Origin: Eledone cirrhosa
Lineage: Eukaryota
Length of the DNA stretch: 64,000 nucleotides
Assembly (NCBI GenBank): GCA_964016885.1
Contig: OZ024743.1
Span: forward strand, 162,998,001-163,062,000
Reading direction: 5' to 3'
Part shown: positions 32,553 to 46,703 of the stretch, piece by piece
Position numbering within the stretch: position 1 is the first letter of the stretch
How the letters are laid out: each line of letters opens with the position of its first letter
Notes under the pieces: generated by a model
Told to the model about the DNA's origin: nothing
Database searches by the model: none
Seen by the model: the letters and a program-made list of their open reading frames with translations, nothing else
Translations under genes and position numbers: made by a program

Positions 32553-33075
32553 TACATACATACACATACACATACACACACACACATACACATACACATA
32601 TACATATACATATCTTTTTCAAAAAATTGCATAGAATATATTAACTAGGTATATATCCAAAACACATCCCATTCTATGATTACATGACATTCTGCAATTC
32701 GTCTGTATAAGGATACTAATTTTAAGCAAATTAAAATTAAAATTTTTAGGTTGATTAAAACTAAAACCAAATAATAAATATATTTCTAAAATGTATATTA
32801 ATTAGGTCTATAATACTAAAAATTATTTCTCTGTCATTGGATACACGATATTATTTTGTTATATTTTATCTGTAAAAGAGTTATAAAAAAAGGTTTAAAT
32901 AAATTAAAATTAATCTATAAATTAAATTACTAAGTATATATTAGTAATATTTAAAGGTTTTTCACAATTTATGATTACATAATATTTTATATTTTCATCT
33001 GTAATAAAATATTAATTAAATTAAATTTATAGGTTAACTAACATTTAAATTAAATTAATTTCTAAAATAATGTTA

Positions 33076-35137
33076 TTAATTAGGTTTATAATATTTAAAT
33101 GTTTTTTTTAGTTTATGATTACACGATATAATTAATTCCTGTCGTTTATTTAATAAGATATCCCTAGACTTCATTATTTCAAATAGTTCTTGGGAACATA
33201 ATCTACATTCATTTCTATTATTTTGATAAGGGGTGGCTCTTTTGAGCACACTCCAGGTCAAATCATATTTTATATTCTTATTTTTATAACTATTGATTTT
33301 TTCTGCTAGAGATGTTGTATTAGCCAGTGCGGCATTTTTAAAACTATGCTTGTGGGTATTAAACCTTGTCTTAAAATTGCTAGAGGTAGCTCCTATATAT
33401 GAGCAAATAGAATCTTTAGTTTTAACATTACATTTATAGACTATGTTGTTAACAAGACAATTCCCTTTTAATGGGCAGTTTGCTTTGTTTCTACAGTTAC
33501 ATCCTTTCGTTAATTCTGTATTTGAGGAGATATTATGGTTAATTTGATGTACTGGTGGTATATTTATGGTTTTCTTACATTTATATGCATTATATGCACT
33601 TATATTTTGTTTTATGTTATTTGTTGTAGAGTATGAGAATTTAACTGTAGACCTATTTAAGATTTGATGGTATTTGTGGTTTGGCGGGAAGTTTTTCTCA
33701 AGGATATAAAAAAATTTTTTAACAATATTATCCTTAACTTGTAAATTAAAAGGAGCATTATACCAAGTAACCCGTCTATTACGGTTTCTATGTTGTTTAT
33801 TATTTTTATTATTTTTATAGGTTGTATCGTGATTTTTACTAGGAGGATTAATGTTAATGATCTCACCACAACTATTTTTAGTTATATTTGTAGATTTAGG
33901 TGTTTTATCTTTTTTATTAGGAGTTTTATTATTAATATTTATTATAGTTGTATGATGAGTAGTTTTTTGAGAGTTACTATACTTTATATTAGAAGATTTA
34001 GTATTTTGGGGTATAGTGTGGGTGGCATTTAGGTGTGTACTTTTCATTTGGTGTTTGTTGGTAATATTATGTTGTATGCTTTCAGTATTTTTAGTAGAAG
34101 GTATATACTCTAATCTATTTTTGTGGCCACTTCTATCTAGAGCTTCGTTATAGAAGGTCGCATTTTTATCAAATACATCTTGGTTAGAAGAAAGGTTAGA
34201 AATTCTAAGTGATATATTATATGCAAGGTTTTTAAGGATAGATTTAGGGTGATTAGATTGTGAGTGTATGTAATGTAAGTTTTGGTTAGGTTTATGGTAA
34301 GGTTGGTAGATACCCGTAGCTAAATCTAAAGTTATATCTAGGAAATTTACTACTTTACTTGTTTTTTCAAAAGTAATATTAAGATTATAATAGTCTTTAA
34401 GGAAAGTTCTAATATGTTTTTTGTTTTTTTCGATTTCTGAAAGGCTAAGGTTGTTAGAAAGAAGAAGACAGTCATCACGATATAAACCACCTTTGAGGTG
34501 GGGAAAAGAGGCATTTATGTTGAAAAGGAGAAAGAGGCCCACAAGATCAGTAATTTGGGCGGAATCGCTTGAACCCATAGTAATATCAAAAAGATTACTG
34601 TATGTGTTTCTGGTCCAGTATTCATTCTGAAATTCAATAAGTGTTAGTCTAGCATGTGTAATAATGTTAATGTCATCCAAAGTTAAGTTAGATCTATTTT
34701 TAGCAAATATCAATGCTTTGTTCAGGAGTATAGGTGATATAGAAGAATAGTAATTATCTATATCAAATTGTAGGAAAGAAGCAGAAGATTTACACCTAAT
34801 ATTTTTAAACCAGTTAATTACCTGGGAGGTGTTTTCCCAGAGTGGTAAAATAACGTGTTTTCTTATTTGTGGGATGACTCTATCTAAAATTTTTTTGCTA
34901 ATTATTCCAATATCTGATTTGGAGGGACATATAAGTCTAATAGAAGGATTTGAGTTAAAGTTAGATTTGTGATCTTTCAGGTTGAAGTGTGGTCTTTTCA
35001 ATGCCAAAGGTTCAGTTCTATCTTCAATGTTTAGTTTTTTTACTATGTTGTGTGTTTTGTTGTTGATGTTGGTGAGTGACACATTATTAGATTTTTTATA
35101 ATTTTTTCTGAGTTCTTTATATATGAACTCGTTATAA

Positions 35138-35140
<3 letters not shown>
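33076..35140 (-). pseudogene. 5'-truncated inverted copy of the family H ORF
   Basis: Protein identical to the corresponding part of 38654-41095 except QITDL/QISDL and DNIVKK/DNIAKK. Confidence 0.95.
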
Positions 35141-35170
<30 letters not shown>

Positions 35171-35175
35171 ATGTA

Positions 35176-35224
<49 letters not shown>

Positions 35225-36350
35225 ATATGTATGTATATATGTATGTGTATGTATATGTATATGTATGCGTATTAATTTTGATTTCTATTTGCATATAATT
35301 ATATTATGCTATTGATGAAATACAATACCTGCTTTATGTATTGTATACCTAATTAACATATACTATTGAAATAAATATATAATTTTTAATTTAGTTAACA
35401 TATAATTTATATTCTACTACCGATGTAATACTTTATTTTATTTTTATTTGGGGTTTTTTTTCCCTATTACTAAATTCATTTCCTAATATTGATACCATAA
35501 CGTTATTAACTTTAATTTAGTTATACTGTAATTAATAATCTACTACTGTTTAACTTCAAAATTCTGCTTCAAATATTATAAACCTAACTAATTTACACCT
35601 TAGAAATCAATATGTTGACTATCTTTGGTTTAGTTAACATATGATTAATGGTATACTTATTTATTTTGAGATGCATAGATTTTGCCTTAGTTCTTGTTTG
35701 TCGTATTTCCTAACACTGAAAATATGTAAGAACATACATTGGATAAAGATACGGAAAATATTCTAAGTTTCTTGAAACATATATTTACTTTGATCCCCTT
35801 CTCCAAACCCCCCCTTTCCCCCATACTATTATCATCTGTATTTGTAAGCGTCTATGTATGAATATATATGTAGGTAGGTTTCTATATAGGTTTGGGTATT
35901 TATATCTAAATATAAAAATACATATATGCGCATGCAAATATGAATGTAAGATTGCGTGTGTATATATGAGTGTGTATATGTATGTATATATGTGTATATA
36001 TGCATTATATATGTATGTGTATGTGAATGTGTGTACGTATATGTGTATGTATGTGTATATATGTGTATGTATGTGTATGCATGTATATATAGGAATATAT
36101 ATATGTATATATATATATGTATATGTATATGCGTGTGTATGTATGTGTGTGTATGTGTGTTGTGTATATATATGTATGTCTCTCTATTTATATGTTTATC
36201 TTCGTATCTATGTGATATATATGTGTGTGTGTGTGCATGTATGCATATGTATGTGTTTATGTGTATTTGTGTGTGTGTGTGTATATATGTGTGTGTGCAC
36301 ACACACACATATATATATGTGAGTGTGTATATGTGTCTGTGTATATGTAA

Positions 36351-36433
<83 letters not shown>

Positions 36434-36523
36434 TGTCTATGTGTGAATATATGTCTTTATTCGTATGTGTGTATTTATGTATGTATATGTTTATATGTAT
36501 GTATGTATATGTATGTATGTATG

Positions 36524-36572
<49 letters not shown>

Positions 36573-36833
36573 TATTCTTTATTATTATAATATAACTTAT
36601 GTGTATGTGTGTATAAGTGAGGTTGTGTATGTGTATATAATATGTGTATATATAAGTGTAAAAAAATATATATATATATGTGCATGTCTGTTTTTTATGT
36701 GTGTGTATATATATATATATATATGTACGTGTGTATATATATGTATATGTGGGTGTTTGTATGCGTATTTATGGTGGTATGAGTGTGTGGATATCTATGT
36801 GTATATATGTGTATATATATATGTATGAGTGTA

Positions 36834-36864
<31 letters not shown>

Positions 36865-37290
36865 GTGTATATATATATATATATATATGTGTATGTATGT
36901 GTGTATATATATATCTCTATTAATGCGTGTGTGTATGTATATACATATGCCTTTTTATTATTATTTTTATTTGTATGTCTGAGTTAGGTGAGGTTGTAGT
37001 GGTTTTTTATGTATATACGCATATATGGATGCGTATGTATTTGTATATATGAGTATAAGTAAGTGCATATATATGTATGATTATATATCTAATTCTATGT
37101 ATGAATATACATGTATATATATATGTGTGTATGTAAGTTGTGTGTGTATGTATCTATATGTCTATGTGTGTGTATATATATATATATATGTGTATATATA
37201 TATATGTATATCGATGTGCGTATGTGTATGTACATGTATGTACATGTATGTGTGTATGTATGTGTATGTATATTTAGATGTATGTGTATG

Positions 37291-37333
<43 letters not shown>

Positions 37334-38155
37334 ATATATATATAGGTATATATCTTTATTATTTATTTTTTATATATATGTGTATGTGTGTATGTGTTGC
37401 GTGTGTGTGTGTGTATATATATATCTTTATATATGTGTATGTGTATGTTCGTGTAAGTGTATGTGTGTGTATGACTGTATATGTATGTGTGTATGTGTGT
37501 ATGCGTAAATATTTCTATGTGTGTGTACATGTATGTATGTCTATATATCTGTATGTGTATGTATATTATATTATATTTATTATATTTTATTGTTTTATTT
37601 TTTTTATTTTTTATTTTTCTTAATTTATAGATACATTTATATTAGGCAGTCTGCTCAGACAATTGAATACTGACCCTTCCCCCCCCTCCCACCTAATTTC
37701 TGTATCTTGATCTAAAAATGTGTGTGCCAGTGTTTTATGTGAGTGAATTAATATCCATGTGCTTATGATTTTATATCCACATATATAAATGTGAGTGGGG
37801 GTGTGTGTGTGTTTGTATGTTCGTGGTTATGTGTATATTTATGCATATACGCGCGTGTATGTGTGATTGTACTGATATGTGTGAGTATGAAAAAATATAT
37901 TTATATACTTGATTTCATAAGTATCAATGCGCATCTTATCTGCGCATTGTAAGCTTACAGAGACATTAACCTTGAAATTTTGTATTTGCATCCATCCTTT
38001 TAGTATGCGTATACAAATTATACATACATTTTTGTAAAATATGTGTAAGGGTTTTACATGTATATACACACACCGAACTGCATTTAACCCTTTGTGTTTT
38101 CATTGGTCAATTTTGAACTGAAATTTTGAATTGTTGTTATTATCAATAAATATAC

Positions 38156-38310
38156 TTCATTATTTCTGAAGACGGCGTATATATGTGTTTGGTATGTATA
38201 TTTAATCTTGATAATTTGTATAATTTTGTATAATTTTGTACATAGATCTGTTGAATATGCATACCAATTCTAACACATATATATCCTAGAAACGATCGTT
38301 AAATAATGAA
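38156..38310 (+). ncRNA. Type-I hammerhead with 116-nt stem II, family H (copies 44555-44709 +, 29428-29582 -)
   Basis: ttcattattt-CTGAAGA-[116 nt; tatatatgtgtt/aacacatatata and tggtatgtatatttaa/ttgaatatgcatacca pair]-GAAA-cgatcg-TT-aaataatgaa; 10-bp perfect stem I. Confidence 0.85.
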
Positions 38311-38653
38311 CTTTTTTTGTTTAATATAAGGAATTGTTTATTCATTATTTGTTTAATATTTTATCTTGACTCTGTATACCGTTTATCTTTCACCGAAAGT
38401 GGTTTTTCATTACATCTCTTCTTTCCATGATATCCGGAATACATTGAGTTCTTCATACGGATTGGACACTACCGTAAACTCTTGGTAGATTTATCTACAT
38501 AATTTTGCTCCTATTTTCACGGAAATATTTGTATTTTTGTACTGTATGTGTGTATTAATTTTATATTTATGTATAAACATATATATATGTATGATTTTGT
38601 AAACCCATATACATTTAGTTGAGCTCTTTCAATTGTCCATCATCCATATCACA

Positions 38654-41095
38654 ATGGAAAAACAATATTTAGGAACCTCCTTAAAAAACATACCAATACC
38701 TTCTAAGGACGACTTCTTACTCCTTATGATTCAGAAAACTAATAATTTTATCAGAAGGGTTAGATGGAGAGCCTACCACTTCGATAGAAAATCTAAACAA
38801 GCAGATCGGAAATATATGTATGATTTCAATACTTACAAGAATCCACCACACAACTTTTTACTTGAAGACTTCGAGAAAGACCTTTTTAATTTAATTAAAC
38901 ACCTCAATTTTAAAAAGTATAAATCCGTCTTTCAAAAGGACCTTGATTCTACCCTATTGGACCTAAAAAAGTCTAAAAAAATCCATGTCCACTCGGACAA
39001 AACTGGTAACTTGTATCATATGGATATTGAACATTATAACGAGTTCATATATAAAGAACTCAGAAAAAATTATAAAAAATCTAATAATGTGTCACTCACC
39101 AACATCAACAACAAAACACACAACATAGTAAAAAAACTAAACATTGAAGATAGAACTGAACCTTTGGCATTGAAAAGACCACACTTCAACCTGAAAGATC
39201 ACAAATCTAACTTTAACTCAAATCCTTCTATTAGACTTATATGTCCCTCCAAATCAGATATTGGAATAATTAGCAAAAAAATTTTAGATAGAGTCATCCC
39301 ACAAATAAGAAAACACGTTATTTTACCACTCTGGGAAAACACCTCCCAGGTAATTAACTGGTTTAAAAATATTAGGTGTAAATCTTCTGCTTCTTTCCTA
39401 CAATTTGATATAGATAATTACTATTCTTCTATATCACCTATACTCCTGAACAAAGCATTGATATTTGCTAAAAATAGATCTAACTTAACTTTGGATGACA
39501 TTAACATTATTACACATGCTAGACTAACACTTATTGAATTTCAGAATGAATACTGGACCAGAAACACATACAGTAATCTTTTTGATATTACTATGGGTTC
39601 AAGCGATTCCGCCCAAATTTCTGATCTTGTGGGCCTCTTTCTCCTTTTCAACATAAATGCCTCTTTTCCCCACCTCAAAGGTGGTTTATATCGTGATGAC
39701 TGTCTTCTTCTTTCTAACAACCTTAGCCTTTCAGAAATCGAAAAAAACAAAAAACATATTAGAACTTTCCTTAAAGACTATTATAATCTTAATATTACTT
39801 TTGAAAAAACAAGTAAAGTAGTAAATTTCCTAGATATAACTTTAGATTTAGCTACGGGTATCTACCAACCTTACCATAAACCTAACCAAAACTTACATTA
39901 CATACACTCACAATCTAATCACCCTAAATCTATCCTTAAAAACCTTGCATATAATATATCACTTAGAATTTCTAACCTTTCTTCTAACCAAGATGTATTT
40001 GATAAAAATGCGACCTTCTATAACGAAGCTCTAGATAGAAGTGGCCACAAAAATAGATTAGAGTATATACCTTCTACTAAAAATACTGAAAGCATACAAC
40101 ATAATATTACCAACAAACACCAAATGAAAAGTACACACCTAAATGCCACCCACACTATACCCCAAAATACTAAATCTTCTAATATAAAGTATAGTAACTC
40201 TCAAAAAACTACTCATCATACAACTATAATAAATATTAATAATAAAACTCCTAATAAAAAAGATAAAACACCTAAATCTACAAATATAACTAAAAATAGT
40301 TGTGGTGAGATCATTAACATTAATCCTCCTAGTAAAAATCACGATACAACCTATAAAAATAATAAAAATAATAAACAACATAGAAACCGTAATAGACGGG
40401 TTACTTGGTATAATGCTCCTTTTAATTTACAAGTTAAGGATAATATTGCTAAAAAATTTTTTTATATCCTTGAGAAAAACTTCCCGCCAAACCACAAATA
40501 CCATCAAATCTTAAATAGGTCTACAGTTAAATTCTCATACTCTACAACAAATAACATAAAACAAAATATAAGTGCATATAATGCATATAAATGTAAGAAA
40601 ACCATAAATATACCACCAGTACATCAAATTAACCATAATATCTCCTCAAATACAGAATTAACGAAAGGATGTAACTGTAGAAACAAAGCAAACTGCCCAT
40701 TAAAAGGGAATTGTCTTGTTAACAACATAGTCTATAAATGTAATGTTAAAACTAAAGATTCTATTTGCTCATATATAGGAGCTACCTCTAGCAATTTTAA
40801 GACAAGGTTTAATACCCACAAGCATAGTTTTAAAAATGCCGCACTGGCTAATACAACATCTCTAGCAGAAAAAATCAATAGTTATAAAAATAAGAATATA
40901 AAATATGATTTGACCTGGAGTGTGCTCAAAAGAGCCACCCCTTATCAAAATAATAGAAATGAATGTAGATTATGTTCCCAAGAACTATTTGAAATAATGA
41001 AGTCTAGGGATATCTTATTAAATAAACGACAGGAATTAATTATATCGTGTAATCATAAACTAAAAAAAACATTTAAATATTATAAACCTAATTAA
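38654..41095 (+). CDS. Intact PLE polyprotein, 813 aa: N-terminal domain, YRDD-type RT, Cys-rich linker, GIY-YIG endonuclease (probably Nematis-like)
   Basis: ATG at 38654; SLKNIPIPS..RRVRWRA, HSDKTGN, LKDHK, QFDIDNYY, MGSSDSA, GGLYRDD, NFLDITL, GCNCRNKANCPLKGNC, IVYKC, SYIG..FKTRF, CRLC, SCNHK. Confidence 0.95.
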   Translation: MEKQYLGTSLKNIPIPSKDDFLLLMIQKTNNFIRRVRWRAYHFDRKSKQADRKYMYDFNTYKNPPHNFLLEDFEKDLFNLIKHLNFKKYKSVFQKDLDSTLLDLKKSKKIHVHSDKTGNLYHMDIEHYNEFIYKELRKNYKKSNNVSLTNINNKTHNIVKKLNIEDRTEPLALKRPHFNLKDHKSNFNSNPSIRLICPSKSDIGIISKKILDRVIPQIRKHVILPLWENTSQVINWFKNIRCKSSASFLQFDIDNYYSSISPILLNKALIFAKNRSNLTLDDINIITHARLTLIEFQNEYWTRNTYSNLFDITMGSSDSAQISDLVGLFLLFNINASFPHLKGGLYRDDCLLLSNNLSLSEIEKNKKHIRTFLKDYYNLNITFEKTSKVVNFLDITLDLATGIYQPYHKPNQNLHYIHSQSNHPKSILKNLAYNISLRISNLSSNQDVFDKNATFYNEALDRSGHKNRLEYIPSTKNTESIQHNITNKHQMKSTHLNATHTIPQNTKSSNIKYSNSQKTTHHTTIININNKTPNKKDKTPKSTNITKNSCGEIININPPSKNHDTTYKNNKNNKQHRNRNRRVTWYNAPFNLQVKDNIAKKFFYILEKNFPPNHKYHQILNRSTVKFSYSTTNNIKQNISAYNAYKCKKTINIPPVHQINHNISSNTELTKGCNCRNKANCPLKGNCLVNNIVYKCNVKTKDSICSYIGATSSNFKTRFNTHKHSFKNAALANTTSLAEKINSYKNKNIKYDLTWSVLKRATPYQNNRNECRLCSQELFEIMKSRDILLNKRQELIISCNHKLKKTFKYYKPN

Positions 41096-41618
41096 TAACA
41101 TTATTTTAGAAATTAATTTAATTTAAATGTTAGTTAACCTATAAATTTAATTTAATTAATATTTTATTACAGATGAAAATATAAAATATTATGTAATCAT
41201 AAATTGTGAAAAACCTTTAAATATTACTAATATATACTTAGTAATTTAATTTATAGATTAATTTTAATTTATTTAAACCTTTTATTATAACTCTTTTACA
41301 GATAAAATATAACAAAATAATATCGTGTATCCAATGACAGAGAAATAATTTTTAGTATTATAGACCTAATTAATATACATTTTAGAAATATATTTATTAT
41401 TTGGTTTTAGTTTTAATCAACCTAAAAATTTTAATTTTAATTTGCTTAAAATTAGTATCCTTATACAGACGAATTGCAGAATGTCATGTAATCATAGAAT
41501 GGGATGTGTTTTGGATATATACCTAGTTAATATATTCTATGCAATTTTTTGAAAAAGATATGTATATGTATATGTGTATGTGTATGTGTGTGTGTGTATG
41601 TGTATGTGTATGTATGTA

Positions 41619-41665
<47 letters not shown>

Positions 41666-42791
41666 ATATGTATGTATATATGTATGTGTATGTATATGTA
41701 TATGTATGCGTATTAATTTTGATTTCTATTTGCATATAATTATATTATGCTATTGATGAAATACAATACCTGCTTTATGTATTGTATACCTAATTAACAT
41801 ATACTATTGAAATAAATATATAATTTTTAATTTAGTTAACATATAATTTATATTCTACTACCGATGTAATACTTTATTTTATTTTTATTTGGGTTTTTTT
41901 TTCCCTATTACTAAATTCATTTCCTAATATTGATACCATAACGTTATTAACTTTAATTTAGTTATACTGTAATTAATAATCTACTACTGTTTAACTTCAA
42001 AATTCTGCTTCAAATATTATAAACCTAACTAATTTACACCTTAGAAATCAATATGTTGACTATCTTTGGTTTAGTTAACATATGATTAATGGTATACTTA
42101 TTTATTTTGAGATGCATAGATTTTGCCTTAGTTCTTGTTTGTCGTATTTCCTAACACTGAAAATATGTAAGAACATACATTGGATAAAGATACGGAAAAT
42201 ATTCTAAGTTTCTTGAAACATATATTTACTTTGATCCCCTTCTCCAAACCCCCCCTTTCCCCCATACTATTATCATCTGTATTTGTAAGCGTCTATGTAT
42301 GAATATATATGTAGGTAGGTTTCTATATAGGTTTGGGTATTTATATCTAAATATAAAAATACATATATGCGCATGCAAATATGAATGTAAGATTGCGTGT
42401 GTATATATGAGTGTGTATATGTATGTATATATGTGTATATATGCATTATATATGTATGTGTATGTGAATGTGTGTACGTATATGTGTATGTATGTGTATA
42501 TATGTGTATGTATGTGTATGCATGTATATATAGGAATATATATATGTATATATATATATGTATATGTATATGCGTGTGTATGTATGTGTGTGTATGTGTG
42601 TTGTGTATATATATGTATGTCTCTCTATTTATATGTTTATCTTCGTATCTATGTGATATATATGTGTGTGTGTGTGCATGTATGCATATGTATGTGTTTA
42701 TGTGTATTTGTGTGTGTGTGTGTATATATGTGTGTGTGCACACACACACATATATATATGTGAGTGTGTATATGTGTCTGTGTATATGTAA

Positions 42792-42830
<39 letters not shown>

Positions 42831-42920
42831 TGTCTATGTGTGAATATATGTCTTTATTCGTATGTGTGTATTTATGTATGTATATGTTTATATGTATGTA
42901 TGTATATGTATGTATGTATG

Positions 42921-42958
<38 letters not shown>

Positions 42959-43224
42959 TATATTATTCTTTATTATTATAATATAACTTATGTGTATGTG
43001 TGTATAAGTGAGGTTGTGTATGTGTATATAATATGTGTATATATAAGTGTAAAAAAATATATATATATATGTGCATGTCTGTTTTTTATGTGTGTGTATA
43101 TATATATATATATATGTACGTGTGTATATATATGTATATGTGGGTGTTTGTATGCGTATTTATGGTGGTATGAGTGTGTGGATATCTATGTGTATATATG
43201 TGTATATATATATGTATGAGTGTA

Positions 43225-43255
<31 letters not shown>

Positions 43256-43681
43256 GTGTATATATATATATATATATATGTGTATGTATGTGTGTATATA
43301 TATATCTCTATTAATGCGTGTGTGTATGTATATACATATGCCTTTTTATTATTATTTTTATTTGTATGTCTGAGTTAGGTGAGGTTGTAGTGGTTTTTTA
43401 TGTATATACGCATATATGGATGCGTATGTATTTGTATATATGAGTATAAGTAAGTGCATATATATGTATGATTATATATCTAATTCTATGTATGAATATA
43501 CATGTATATATATATGTGTGTATGTAAGTTGTGTGTGTATGTATCTATATGTCTATGTGTGTGTATATATATATATATATGTGTATATATATATATGTAT
43601 ATCGATGTGCGTATGTGTATGTACATGTATGTACATGTATGTGTGTATGTATGTGTATGTATATTTAGATGTATGTGTATG

Positions 43682-43730
<49 letters not shown>

Positions 43731-44894
43731 ATATATATATAGGTATATATCTTTATTATTTATTTTTTATATATATGTGTATGTGTGTATGTGTTGCGTG
43801 TGTGTGTGTGTATATATATATCTTTATATATGTGTATGTGTATGTTCGTGTAAGTGTATGTGTGTGTATGACTGTATATGTATGTGTGTATGTGTGTATG
43901 CGTAAATATTTCTATGTGTGTGTACATGTATGTATGTCTATATATCTGTATGTGTATGTATATTATATTATATTTATTATATTTTATTGTTTTATTTTTT
44001 TTATTTTTTATTTTTCTTAATTTATAGATACATTTATATTAGGCAGTCTGCTCAGACAATTGAATACTGACCCTTCCCCCCCCCCTCCCACCTAATTTCT
44101 GTATCTTGATCTAAAAATGTGTGTGCCAGTGTTTTATGTGAGTGAATTAATATCCATGTGCTTATGATTTTATATCCACATATATAAATGTGAGTGGGGG
44201 TGTGTGTGTGTTTGTATGTTCGTGGTTATGTGTATATTTATGCATATACGCGCGTGTATGTGTGATTGTACTGATATGTGTGAGTATGAAAAAATATATT
44301 TATATACTTGATTTCATAAGTATCAATGCGCATCTTATCTGCGCATTGTAAGCTTACAGAGACATTAACCTTGAAATTTTGTATTTGCATCCATCCTTTT
44401 AGTATGCGTATACAAATTATACATACATTTTTGTAAAATATGTGTAAGGGTTTTACATGTATATACACACACCGAACTGCATTTAACCCTTTGTGTTTTC
44501 ATTGGTCAATTTTGAACTGAAATTTTGAATTGTTGTTATTATCAATAAATATACTTCATTATTTCTGAAGACGGCGTATATATGTGTTTGGTATGTATAT
44601 TTAATCTTGATAATTTGTATAATTTTGTATAATTTTGTACATAGATCTGTTGAATATGCATACCAATTCTAACACATATATATCCTAGAAACGATCGTTA
44701 AATAATGAACTTTTTTTGTTTAATATAAGGAATTGTTTATTCATTATTTGTTTAATATTTTATCTTGACTCTGTATACCGTTTATCTTTCACCGAAAGTG
44801 GTTTTTCATTACATCTCTTCTTTCCATGATATCCGGAATACATTGAGTTCTTCATACGGATTGGACACTACCGTAAACTCTTGGTAGATTTATC

Positions 44895-45011
<117 letters not shown>

Positions 45012-45056
45012 TTGTATGTATGGTGCTTTTTCCTTATATATGTGTATGTATGTGCA

Positions 45057-45104
<48 letters not shown>

Positions 45105-45110
<6 letters not shown>

Positions 45111-45479
45111 AATGAAGTAATTCCATCGGAAAAGTCCAGGAAAAAAGAGTGCTCTATGTAAGCAACAGAGCTTAATTATTATTATTATGTAATAAACAAC
45201 ATAAGGCAATTATTCCATTTACCAGTGGTTTCTTAAAAGCAAAAGGTTTTGCTTTCAATCCTCAGAATGAAAAATCCTGGTTTGTTTATTGAATATGGAT
45301 TCTAAAAACAAAAATGCAATCTATATGAAAGTGAGGCTGGAAAAGGGAGAAGGAAAGGAAAAATAAAATAAAATAAAACTACACATGCAAACACACACAA
45401 AAAAACACAAAAGCATACTTACACACACACACATATATACACATATAATTTGCACGCATACACATATACACATACACAC

Positions 45480-45549
<70 letters not shown>

Positions 45550-45608
45550 AGCGTACACCTACACACACATACACATATATACACACATATACACATACAT
45601 ATATTCAT

Positions 45609-45659
<51 letters not shown>

Positions 45660-45693
45660 TACACACACACATATATATACACATGTACATATC

Positions 45694-45735
<42 letters not shown>

Positions 45736-46466
45736 CATATACACATATATACACATATACATACACACACACACACACACACATGTGTGTGTACAAGCCT
45801 ACACATACACACACACATATATATACACACACATATACATACATTCACACAAACATACAACGTACATACATACACATACATGAATGCACTCCACTACATA
45901 TTAACACACACAAATAAATATAAGAAAAAAATATATAAATAATATTAACAAATATTTGACAGCGATACATGCCCCAGCTAACAGGACAGACACGCGTGGT
46001 AAGTAATACACACATAAGCACATATACATACGTTCGAAATAGTAAACACATACACACACTCTCACACATAAATATACATATACAAATACATAAACACGTA
46101 CATACACATACATACGCAAACACGTACACGTATACAATATAAACACACACATGTATATGTAATTATATACACACACACACACATATACATATATATATAT
46201 ATATATACATACAAAAATATAAAAATATAAACGCACACACACATATAAATACGTAAACACACATATACATACATAGCTAAACAATTATACACATGCAAAT
46301 ACGTATATATCAAAAGAACGCACAACCAAATACAAACACACACACATATATACACACACACACACACCCACACACAAACCCACACATACATAAAAATAAA
46401 TAAAAACACACGCAACATATACATACATACACATACATATACATATATACATATATATATATACAC

Positions 46467-46497
<31 letters not shown>

Positions 46498-46703
46498 CAC
46501 ACATACACGTACACATACACACATGCATACACATACACACACACATATACATGTGTGTATGTGTAAAGCTCAGTATTAGATAAGACAAATGAACCTTACA
46601 TTTTTTTTTTTTTTTTTTTTTTTTTCATTCTGAAGATTGAAGGAAACTTTTTTTGCTTTTAAGAAACCTCTGGTGAATGGATTAATTGCCTTGTATGGCT
46701 TTA
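45105..46703. mobile_element. Family D non-coding tail (-, 45105-46600) joined to a short + tail (46600-46703), each with an HHR
   Basis: HHRs at 45216-45269 (-) and 46626-46679 (+); 45105-45275 repeated at 47820-47980. Confidence 0.7.
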
